From assembly GCA_965203325.1 (NCBI GenBank), contig OZ241875.1, positions 4,096,001 through 4,160,000 of the forward strand: a stretch of DNA of 64,000 nt. Direction: 5' to 3'. A program made the position numbers and the translations under genes. Positions 15,229 through 22,996 of this stretch are shown here, in pieces. The stretch is from a bacterium. Lineage in GTDB: Bacteria; UBA8248. The notes beneath the pieces are model-generated. The model had not been told where the DNA came from. It saw only the letters and a list, made by a program, of their open reading frames with translations, and did no database searches. Within the stretch, counting starts at the first letter, position 1. Each line of letters opens with the position of its first letter.

Positions 15229-15276
15229 GGCTTCGCTCGCCTATAGGTTGTCGATTTCTCCAGGGAGTATGAAATT

Positions 15277-16116
15277 TTGACGATTGCGACGCATACGGTT
15301 CTGGATAAGCTTGTGGAAGGCGTCCGCGAGGACATCGCCTCGGACAAGAGAAGGCGTTCCGAAGCCGACCTCAAGTCGATGGCGAAGGATGCGCCGCCGA
15401 CGCTCGATTTCGCGGGCGCGCTGAGAAAGCCCGATTCGGGCGAGGATGCGGATGGCGGCCGGATGCGCGTCATCGCCGAGGTGAAGCAGGCCTCTCCCTC
15501 CCAGGGGCAGATAGCCGAGCGTTTCGAGCCGGCCGAAATCGCCAAATCTTATGAAGCTGGCGGCGCCGCCGCCGTATCGGTGCTCACCGAACGGAGGCGA
15601 TTTCTCGGCGAAATGGCGCATCTGGAAGGGGTGCGCGAGGCCGTGGGCCTGCCCGTTCTCAGAAAAGAGTTCATTTTCACCGAGTACCAGATATGGGAAG
15701 CCCGTTCGGGAGGTGCGGACGCCGTTTTGCTCATCGCGGCCATCCTCGAGACGGCGCAGATGGAGGATTTGCGCGCTCTCTCTGAAGAACTGGGCATGGA
15801 CGCGCTCGTGGAGGTGTATGCCGAAGAAGAACTCGGGCGCGCCCTCGCGGCGGGGACCCGCGTGCTCGGCGTGAACAACCGGAACTTGAAGACCTTCGAG
15901 GTCGATACCGCGCATACCGCCCGCGTGTTCGCCGGGCTCACGCCCGCGCAGAGAGAAGCGCTCGTGCTGGTTTCAGAGAGCGGGATTTTCGGCTGGCGCG
16001 AAGTGGCTCCTCTGGTGGACGAGGGGGTGGACGCCATCCTCGTCGGCGAGGCCCTCATGCGCGCGCCCGACACTGGAGCGCTCCTGCGCGAGTTGCGGGG
16101 CATCGGAGTCGAATAG
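15277..16116 (+). CDS. trpC: Indole-3-glycerol phosphate synthase (TTG start)
   Basis: IAEVKQASPS, SVLTE, LRKEFI, GADAVLLI, GVNNRNL, VSESGI, LVGEALM. Confidence 0.95.
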   Translation: MTIATHTVLDKLVEGVREDIASDKRRRSEADLKSMAKDAPPTLDFAGALRKPDSGEDADGGRMRVIAEVKQASPSQGQIAERFEPAEIAKSYEAGGAAAVSVLTERRRFLGEMAHLEGVREAVGLPVLRKEFIFTEYQIWEARSGGADAVLLIAAILETAQMEDLRALSEELGMDALVEVYAEEELGRALAAGTRVLGVNNRNLKTFEVDTAHTARVFAGLTPAQREALVLVSESGIFGWREVAPLVDEGVDAILVGEALMRAPDTGALLRELRGIGVE

Positions 16117-16206
16117 CGGAAAGCGTCTTGCGGTGCATATGCCGTAAGTTATTGTAATTTTGTGTTTAATCCGATTTCCGCGACATAGCCTGAAGGGGAA
16201 ACCTGC

Positions 16207-17097
16207 ATGTACGAAGAGATTGTTTATTACAGCGACGGCCTCAAAATCGCCTCCCATCTCTATACGCCGAAAGACTGGCAAGCGGGCGACCCCGCCAGGC
16301 CCGCCATCATCTGCCTGCACGGCTACAGCGGGATGAAGGAGGTCTACGGGATGGACGTGCCCAGACGCCTCTGGGAGGAGGGCTACTTCATCCTGGCGCC
16401 CGATCACCGCGGCTTCGGCAAGAGCGAGGGCGAGCGCGGCCGCCAGCGGCCCCTGGAGCAGGCGCAGGATACCTACGACGCCATCTCCTACATGGAGACC
16501 GTCGAGGGCGTGGACCCCGAGCGGATCGGCATTTTCGGTACGAGCTTCGGCGGGGCGAACGCCATCTGGGTGGCGGCCTTCGATGAGCGCGTGAAGGTGG
16601 TGGTCTCCTCCGTGGGGGTGCACGAAGGCGAGCGCTGGATGCGCTCGGTGCGGAGGCCGCACGAGTGGGATTCGTTCCAGAAGACGGTCATGCAAGCCGC
16701 CCGGAAGCGCGTCACCACCGGCGAGCCGACCACCATGCCGCTGCCCGAGATCATGCTCTGCGACCCCCATACGCTCAAGGTCATCCAGGAGAACCACCAG
16801 AAACACGACGACTACGTGAAGGACTATGATCTCCAAAGCGCGGAAGCCTGCTGGCGCTACAAGCCCGAGTGGGTGGCCGACAGAATCGCCCCGCGCCCCG
16901 TCATGTTCATCTATTCGGAAAACGATTTTCTGGTGCCCGTACAGGAGCAAATCAGCTGTTATGAGGCATGCGGCGAGCCCAAGAAGATCGTCAAGCTGCC
17001 GGGCGCGCAGCATTACGAGTCCTATTATTTCTGCAGCCCCGAGCACCACGAAATCGGCATGGTCGAGGCGATTGAGTGGTTCAGGAAGTATTTGTAG
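16207..17097 (+). CDS. Alpha/beta-fold hydrolase
   Basis: CLHGY, PDHRGFGKSEG, nucleophile elbow GTSFG, D in ENDFLVP, H in GAQHY. Confidence 0.9.
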   Translation: MYEEIVYYSDGLKIASHLYTPKDWQAGDPARPAIICLHGYSGMKEVYGMDVPRRLWEEGYFILAPDHRGFGKSEGERGRQRPLEQAQDTYDAISYMETVEGVDPERIGIFGTSFGGANAIWVAAFDERVKVVVSSVGVHEGERWMRSVRRPHEWDSFQKTVMQAARKRVTTGEPTTMPLPEIMLCDPHTLKVIQENHQKHDDYVKDYDLQSAEACWRYKPEWVADRIAPRPVMFIYSENDFLVPVQEQISCYEACGEPKKIVKLPGAQHYESYYFCSPEHHEIGMVEAIEWFRKYL

Positions 17098-17113
17098 CAT
17101 TTGAGCGCGTGGA

Positions 17114-17599
17114 ATGGTGGACGGCGAGGCAGCGGAGCAGTTCATCGACAAGCTCGACAACATGCCTGCAGACGAGGCGCGAGCGTCGATACTCGAGGAG
17201 ATGAGGAGTGCGGGGTTCCGTAGGCACGTATCTGGTGCGGCCTACGCGGCCTGGCCCGCTGCGCGACTCACCCGTTCCGTCCAGAGCGCCATGAGCGCCG
17301 AATCCCCCACCGTCCGGCTTTCGCCAGAGACCGCGATCAAGCAGGCCGAGCGGCATTCGGACGTGGTTCCCGAGGACTACTTGCGCGTACAGCGGATTTT
17401 GGACGAGGGGCGGGTGTTTCGCTCGGCCGTCAGCTCACGGGCGATCATGGGCTTCATCGAGGAAGACGGGAAAATGTGGCGAGCCGTGGTGAAAACGACG
17501 CGGGACGGCCGGGAAACCTACCTGACGACGTTGCACCGCGCACAGGATTATGATCTGAGGAGCGCGATTAGGAATCTCGAGGAGATCGGGAGGGAATAA
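17114..17599 (+). CDS. Hypothetical protein, probable PBECR/BECR-fold ribonuclease domain (similar to C-terminal domains of MuF-type phage proteins)
   Basis: 161 aa; pattern TVRLSPETAIKQ..RHSDVVPEDY..ILDEG..WRAVVKTTRDGRETYLTTLHR recognised by eye; not HMM-confirmed. Confidence 0.6.
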   Translation: MVDGEAAEQFIDKLDNMPADEARASILEEMRSAGFRRHVSGAAYAAWPAARLTRSVQSAMSAESPTVRLSPETAIKQAERHSDVVPEDYLRVQRILDEGRVFRSAVSSRAIMGFIEEDGKMWRAVVKTTRDGRETYLTTLHRAQDYDLRSAIRNLEEIGRE

Positions 17600-17675
17600 A
17601 AAAGCGGCGCCCGGCGGGCCACAACCCCCGCACTCTCCCGAAGGCATGAGGCGATTGCGAAATGACTCGGGCGCC
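17598..17675 (-). ncRNA. Putative ~70-78 nt structured small RNA convergent with the nuclease gene
   Basis: 8-bp closing stem GGCGCCCG/CGGGCGCC, cUUCGg hairpin, GCGGG/CCCGC hairpin, possible pseudoknot needing G-U pairs that exist only on the - strand, 3' U6 tract, upstream promoter. Confidence 0.6.
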
Positions 17676-17681
17676 AAGAAA

Positions 17682-17710
17682 AATATACGACACGGGGCGA
17701 TGAAAGGCAA
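17682..17710 (-). promoter_or_regulatory. Sigma70-type promoter for the small RNA
   Basis: TTGCCT-N17-TATATT on the - strand; expected +1 falls at 17675-17676, the first base of the RNA stem. Confidence 0.65.
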
Positions 17711-17826
17711 GCCCTCGTCCTTCGCGCTCGACCCGCCCACGCCAGCCTGCGAATGTTGGAGGCACTTGTTCGGCGGTTTAGTCAACGTCGCATTTCTATT
17801 GAAAATAAAGGACTTCCCGCCTTGAG

Positions 17827-18087
17827 AGCGCGGAAGCCTGCTGGCGCTACAAGCCCGAGTGGGTGGCCGACAGGATCGCCCCGCGCCCCGTCATGTTCAT
17901 CTATTCGGAAAACGATTTTCTAGTGCCCGTGCAGGAGCAAATCAGTTGCTACGAGGCCTGCGGGGAGCCCAAGAAGATCGTCAAGCTTCCCGGCGCCCAG
18001 CATTACGAGTCCTATTACTTCTGCAGCCCCGAACACCACGAGATCGGCATGGTCGAGGCGATCGAATGGTTCAGGAAGTATTTGTGA
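17827..18087 (+). pseudogene. Orphan 3' fragment (codons 211-296) of the alpha/beta hydrolase
   Basis: Protein-identical to the C-terminus of 16207-17097; lacks the N-terminal 210 codons including the nucleophile. Confidence 0.85.
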
Positions 18088-18368
18088 CAGCCGAACTGGT
18101 GGCCTGAATGCCGGGGGCGACATCTTGGAAGGGCTTTGGGAAAAAATTACAGCCTGGTTGGAGAAGGAAATGGAAGATATCTTTCGAGACGCACCAGGTG
18201 AATCTTGAATTACAAATCATCCATCAAAACGAGGATACATGAATGAATTGTTCAACCGGACTTTTCAGAGCCGGTTTGGTGGGATTTTGCCGAGTTTGTG
18301 CTCCTGTTCGTAAATTCAGTATGATGTTCAACAATCCCGCCTTCCCCTCATAAGAGCCGTTATCTTCA

Positions 18369-19691
18369 ATGACCAGGCAACTTCACCTCAATTTGTTCAT
18401 CCAGTCCCGGGGCCACCACGAAGCAGCCTGGAACCATCCCGATTCTTCGACAGCCTCGCTTACCGATGTGAACTACTATGTCGATTTGGCCCAACGTGCA
18501 GAGACGGCGCTTTTTGATTCGATCTTTTTCGCCGATTCACTGATGTTGACACCGGATGCGCCGCGGTCCGGGCGACTCTGGCTGGAACCAATCACTTTAT
18601 TGGCGGCGCTCGCCGTCGCAACCGAGCGGATCGGGCTGATCGCGACGGGGTCGAGCACATATACCGAGGCCTTCAACCTTGCGCGGCAGTTCAGCTCGAT
18701 TGACCACATCAGCAATGGCCGCGCCGGCTGGAATATCGTCACCACCTGGATGGCGAAGGTCGCGCGCAATTACGGTGATGCGGGGCAGGATAGTCATGCG
18801 GACCGCTACCTGATGGCCGAGGAATTTGTCCAGGTCGTCAAAGATTTGTGGGACAGCTGGGCCGATGACGCCGTGGTCGATGATCGCAGCGGCGGCGTCT
18901 ACGCCAAAAGTGAACGAATTTGCTCAATCGACTTTAGCGGCAAGTATTATAGCGTTGCGGGGCCGCTGACCCTGCCGCGCAGTCCGCAGGGGCGACCGGT
19001 GCTGGTGCAGGCGGGATCGTCGGATGCCGGACGTGATTTTGCTTCGCGTCACGCCGAGGCGGTATTTACAGCCCACCTCGAAAAGGCGACGGCGCAGAAG
19101 TTTTACACGGATATCAAGAAGCGAGCGGTTGCGGCGGGCCGTGATGCAAACCAAATCCTGATTCTGCCTGGACTGAGCCCGATGATTGCGCCGACCGAGA
19201 CCGAAGCAAAACGGATGGAACAGGAGCTCAACGAGAGTACGGACCCGGAGAGCGGTCGCCGCACGCTCTCTTCACGGTTCGACGGGCATGATTTCTCGCA
19301 TCTGCCGCTCGACCGGCCGCTGACGCCGGACGATTTCCCTCCACCCTCCGGTGTCGAAACCATGCGCAGCCGGTCCGAATTGGTCGTCAATCTCGTGCGT
19401 AACGAAGGCCTTACTTTGCGCCAGCTTCTGGCCCGTTTCGCCGGTGCTCGCGGCCACTTTACTTTCGCTGGCACGCCCGAACAGGTCGCTGATTTGATTG
19501 AAGACTGGTTCCACGATGGCGCCGCCGACGGTTTCAATGTGATGCCGCCGCTTTTTCCCACGATGCTGGACGTTTTTGTTGAAGAGGTGGTTCCGATTCT
19601 TCAGCGACGCGGGCTGTTCCGGACAGAATATAAAGGCAAGACGTTGCGGGAACACTATGGGCTCGATCGACCCGCCGGGCGGTTTTGGTAG
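18369..19691 (+). CDS. NtaA/DmoA-family FMN-dependent (LLM-class) monooxygenase
   Basis: FDSIFFAD, LEPITLLAALA..TERIGLIAT, SNGRAGWNIVT, RSPQGRPVLVQAGSS, VVPILQRRGLFR..TLREH. Confidence 0.9.
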   Translation: MTRQLHLNLFIQSRGHHEAAWNHPDSSTASLTDVNYYVDLAQRAETALFDSIFFADSLMLTPDAPRSGRLWLEPITLLAALAVATERIGLIATGSSTYTEAFNLARQFSSIDHISNGRAGWNIVTTWMAKVARNYGDAGQDSHADRYLMAEEFVQVVKDLWDSWADDAVVDDRSGGVYAKSERICSIDFSGKYYSVAGPLTLPRSPQGRPVLVQAGSSDAGRDFASRHAEAVFTAHLEKATAQKFYTDIKKRAVAAGRDANQILILPGLSPMIAPTETEAKRMEQELNESTDPESGRRTLSSRFDGHDFSHLPLDRPLTPDDFPPPSGVETMRSRSELVVNLVRNEGLTLRQLLARFAGARGHFTFAGTPEQVADLIEDWFHDGAADGFNVMPPLFPTMLDVFVEEVVPILQRRGLFRTEYKGKTLREHYGLDRPAGRFW

Positions 19692-19864
19692 ATGAAAAGA
19701 CGCGGAATTTTGGGGCGAAGAAACCACCTGAAACATAACACGTCGGAGCAAATCCTGTTTCTTCACCCTCATATTCTGACTAACGAAAGATTTGTGGAAT
19801 GCGAACACTAAGGGTGCCGCAGAACAGCCCTGATTTCGTGATTCGGTTCAACGGATGTGAAGTT

Positions 19865-20118
19865 GTAGGGGTCGCATATATGCGACCCTGCCTTTTATCC
19901 CTCCCGATCATGGGCCGCATATATGCGGCCCCTACACAACCGCTCACAACCGCTCGCGTCAAGCCGGTTTCCTCTCCGCCGCCGCGTGAACCCACTTACC
20001 TCCCACAATTGAAATCGAGTTTTTCAACAGGCCCCTCAAGGGGGGGAGTGAAATTCAAAAACTTGCGCTCAACCAAAATCGTTCTACGGGACTTTTCAAC
20101 AGGCCCTTGTCAGGGGGC
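19865..20118. repeat. REP doublet plus TTTTCAACAGGCCC end motifs
   Basis: GTAGGGGTCGCATATATGCGACCC..GGGCCGCATATATGCGGCCCCTAC (19865-19935); two TTTTCAACAGGCCC copies (~20021, ~20093); CTTGTCAGGGGGC is the reverse complement of GCCCCCTGACAAG at ~15075. Confidence 0.7.
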
Positions 20119-20174
20119 AAGAAAAAACAAAGCCCCCTCAGCCCGGCGGCGTCCGCCCGCCTTTTGCTTTTGGT

Positions 20175-20381
20175 CGTCATTCCGGCGAAAGCCGGAATCC
20201 ATTTTCGCCTTTCGTCTTTGATCGTTTTCCGGCGTTAGCCCCGACATGGGCGGGAGAGAATGCGGGGTCTGGAGCCGATGAAGGCGGATACATTCAGGCG
20301 TTTGATTCCGTCTTTGTCCGAGCATGAATCAATGCGAAAAGCAAAAAGTCAAAATGGATTCCGGCTTTCGCCGGAATGACG
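20175..20381. repeat. 207-bp element with perfect 31-bp terminal inverted repeats (second REP/MITE family)
   Basis: CGTCATTCCGGCGAAAGCCGGAATCCATTTT (20175-20205) and its exact reverse complement (20351-20381); each arm is itself a hairpin. Confidence 0.8.
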
Positions 20382-20572
20382 GCGCGTAATCTCGATTGTA
20401 GTGGGCCGTTTTATTGAACGGCCCAATGTGGGATTCCCCGTTCCGCAAGGGAGGATCACGGGAGCGGGGTGGACCTTGCGTGTCCTCCTCCCGAATAATT
20501 GTCGATAACATCAACCTGTCAGCGGGTTCCGGGCTGATAAAAACGGCTCGGATATATCCGGGTACGTATGTC

Positions 20573-20673
20573 ATGCGGTGAATAGGAGTATTATTCACCG
20601 CATTTTATGCGTTGATTATTCTTGCTTTTGTAGTGAATAAACTGCATAATCACTGCAAAAAATGCGGTGATTG
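20573..20673 (+). promoter_or_regulatory. Six-site operator array overlapping a sigma70-type promoter of the Fic gene
   Basis: 12-bp motif ~ATGCGGTGAWTA at 20573(+), 20592(-), 20607(+), 20628(+), 20647(-), 20662(+); TTGCTT-N17-CATAAT at 20622-20650. Confidence 0.7.
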
Positions 20674-20675
20674 AT

Positions 20676-21788
20676 ATGTGGATATATGAACATCATAACT
20701 GGCCGGACTTCACTTGGGACGCCGAAAAACTCGCCTCGATGCTTGCCGAAGTTCGGCATCAGCAGGGTCGACTGCTCGGCAGGATGGAAGGATTGGCCTT
20801 TGAGCTCAAACGTGAGGCGAGCCTCAGCATGCTGACGAGTGATGTGGTCAAATCATCGGCCATCGAGGGAGAAAACCTGAATCCCCAGGAGGTGCGATCA
20901 TCCATCGCCCGACGCCTGGGCATCGATGTTGCCGGGCTTGCGTCGGCAAGCCGCGATGTCGAGGGCATCGTTGAGGTGATGCTGGATGCGACACGGCAAT
21001 TCTCCAAACCCCTGACGAGAGAGCGTCTGTTCGATTGGCACGCTGCGTTGTTTCCAGCCGGCCGGAGCGGGATGCGCCGCATTACAGTCGGAGGTTGGCG
21101 CACCCCCGAAGCCAGGCCCATGCAAGTTGTTTCAGGTCCCCTCGGACGTGAAAAGGTTCATTTCGAAGCGCCGGATGCGAATCGGCTCGAAGCCGAAATG
21201 GGGTCGTTTCTGGAATGGTTCGAGGTTGAAAGCAGCGTCGATCCCGTTTTGAAAGCCGGGGTTGCCCATCTGTGGTTCGTCACGCTCCATCCATTCGAAG
21301 ACGGCAACGGCCGCATTGCCAGGGCCATCGCCGATATGACTTTGGCGCGCTCGGACGGTGTGGCGGATCGTTTCTACAGCCTGTCAACACAAATGGAATC
21401 CGAGCGCAAAGATTATTACGCTCAATTGGAAAAACAACAACGCGGCACACCAGTGATAACGGACTGGCTTGAATGGTTCCTAGGTTGCCTTGGCCGCGCA
21501 TTCGGCAATGCCGAAGATATGCTGCGCAGCGTTCTGTTCAAGGCGCAGCTTTGGTGGAAGATGAACCGACAGCCTTTCAACGATCGCCAGCGCCTGATTG
21601 TGAGTCGTATGCTCGAGTACGATTTTGAGGGACATATGCGTACTTCGAAATACGCCAAGCTGGCGAAGTGCTCTACGGATACGGCGCTTCGGGATATTCA
21701 GGATTTGCAGGCCCGCGGGATTTTTATCCGGAATCCCGGTGGTGGACGGAGTACGAGTTATCGCTTGCCGGATAGCGTTGCAGGGTAA
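20676..21788 (+). CDS. Fic-family protein with DUF4172-like N-terminus and C-terminal HTH
   Basis: Canonical HPFEDGNGRIAR Fic motif; N-terminal MWIY..WPDFTWD; C-terminal CSTDTALRDIQDL..GGGRSTSY; alternative GTG start at 20667. Confidence 0.9.
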   Translation: MWIYEHHNWPDFTWDAEKLASMLAEVRHQQGRLLGRMEGLAFELKREASLSMLTSDVVKSSAIEGENLNPQEVRSSIARRLGIDVAGLASASRDVEGIVEVMLDATRQFSKPLTRERLFDWHAALFPAGRSGMRRITVGGWRTPEARPMQVVSGPLGREKVHFEAPDANRLEAEMGSFLEWFEVESSVDPVLKAGVAHLWFVTLHPFEDGNGRIARAIADMTLARSDGVADRFYSLSTQMESERKDYYAQLEKQQRGTPVITDWLEWFLGCLGRAFGNAEDMLRSVLFKAQLWWKMNRQPFNDRQRLIVSRMLEYDFEGHMRTSKYAKLAKCSTDTALRDIQDLQARGIFIRNPGGGRSTSYRLPDSVAG

Positions 21789-21862
21789 GTCTTCAACAAG
21801 GCTGGTAGCCCAAAATAACAGTAGGGTTGCCTGACGAATCGCTTCGCTTCATCACTGCCCCC

Positions 21863-22996
21863 TCAAGCAATGCGCGTCCCGAACTTCTCTATCGCTTTTT
21901 CCGAGAGCGTCAGCCCGAGTCCCGGCGCGTCGTTCAGATAGAGCGTCCCGTTCTCGATGCGGGGCGGGTTCTCGAAGAGTTCCGCCTGGAGCGGATCGCG
22001 CTCGGGGTCCGTGAAGGACTCGACGATGCAGCCCGCCGGCGAGGCCGCCACGATGTGGGCGTGGATGAAGCAGTCGTGGTGCGGGGCGATTTCCACGTGG
22101 TTGAGTTCGGCCAGGGCCGCGAGTTTTCTCCCCATCGTGAAGCCGCCCATGCGCGTGCAGTCGAACTGCACGATGTCTATCGCCTGCTCCTCCAAAAGCG
22201 CGCGCACGCCGTGCCCGGTCTGTTCGCTCTCCCCGGCGGAGAGGGGAATGTCCGTCTTTCGCGCGAGAATCCTGAGTTCGCGCCTGTCGTCGAACCAGCG
22301 CACGGGTTCTTCGAGCCAGCGGGGGCGGATTTCCTTAAGCAGGCGCGCTCCCTCGATGGCGGTGGGCAGATCCCAAGCGCTGTTCACGTCGAGCATGAGT
22401 TCGGCCTCATCGCCGATGACCTCGCGGATGACCCGGAGGCGCTCCATGTCCTCTGCGAGCGGCGCGCCGCCGATTTTCGCCTTGAACGCCCTGTGCCCCT
22501 GCTCGCGCAGCATTTCCATCTCTTCGCGCAACTCACTCAAGTCTTTCCCGTCGCGGTAATAGGCGCAGGTGACGTAGCAGGGCACATCTTCGCGGTATCC
22601 GCCGAAGAGGCGGAAAAGCGGCTGCCCGGAGGCTTTTCCCAATAAATCCCACATGGCGAGGTCGACCGCCGCGCTGGTGATGAGCAGCCCGTTTCGCGAC
22701 CATTCCTTCAGAAATGCGATCTTCTGGTGGGTGATGGAGAAGATCTTCTCATACAGCCTTTCGGGAGCGAGCGCGTTCTCGCCGATGATAAGCTCCTTGA
22801 GTCCTTCGTTGAACATCTCGGCCGCGCCCTTGATGAGGAGGCGGCTGCTGCCGAGGCCGAAACCCTCCAGTCCCTCGTCGGTTTTGAGCCGTATCAGCAA
22901 CTCGTTCGCCTGATGGACGGGATAATGGCTGACCCAGTGACCGCGCTCCTCCGGAGGGCCGGTGAGCATGTATGCTTCGACGTCTGTAATCTTCAT
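21863..22996 (-). CDS. Mandelate racemase/muconate lactonizing enzyme (enolase superfamily)
   Basis: SAAVDLAMWDLLGK..PLFRLFGG, KxK (FKAKIG), metal ligands in LMLDVN/WLEEP/AGE; ATG at 22996 has a GAGGA RBS. Confidence 0.9.
   Translation of the reverse strand: MKITDVEAYMLTGPPEERGHWVSHYPVHQANELLIRLKTDEGLEGFGLGSSRLLIKGAAEMFNEGLKELIIGENALAPERLYEKIFSITHQKIAFLKEWSRNGLLITSAAVDLAMWDLLGKASGQPLFRLFGGYREDVPCYVTCAYYRDGKDLSELREEMEMLREQGHRAFKAKIGGAPLAEDMERLRVIREVIGDEAELMLDVNSAWDLPTAIEGARLLKEIRPRWLEEPVRWFDDRRELRILARKTDIPLSAGESEQTGHGVRALLEEQAIDIVQFDCTRMGGFTMGRKLAALAELNHVEIAPHHDCFIHAHIVAASPAGCIVESFTDPERDPLQAELFENPPRIENGTLYLNDAPGLGLTLSEKAIEKFGTRIA

Larger units (their letters stand above)
16837..18087 (+). repeat. 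261-bp direct repeat (16837-17097 / 17827-18087) bounding a 990-bp-period cassette
   Basis: Manual codon-by-codon comparison: 86 codons encode identical amino acids; 16 synonymous third-position differences plus TAG vs TGA. Confidence 0.95.

Noticed and set aside
17606..17675. Genuine tRNA gene
   Set aside because: No TTC T-loop, no proper D-arm or 7-nt anticodon loop and no CCA; only the overall shape is tRNA-like.
16837..18087. Diversity-generating retroelement TR/VR pair
   Set aside because: Differences are not adenine-specific, are all synonymous, and no reverse transcriptase is in the window.
19780..20598. ORFs 19799-20221, 19780-19995, 20110-20325 and 20329-20598
   Set aside because: They translate REP/MITE palindromes (e.g. 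SFRRKPES, CRGRIYA) and have no protein-family motifs.
20573..20673. Mini-CRISPR or iteron origin
   Set aside because: Sites are 12 bp, alternate in orientation with 3-9 bp gaps and overlap a promoter; no rep or cas gene nearby.
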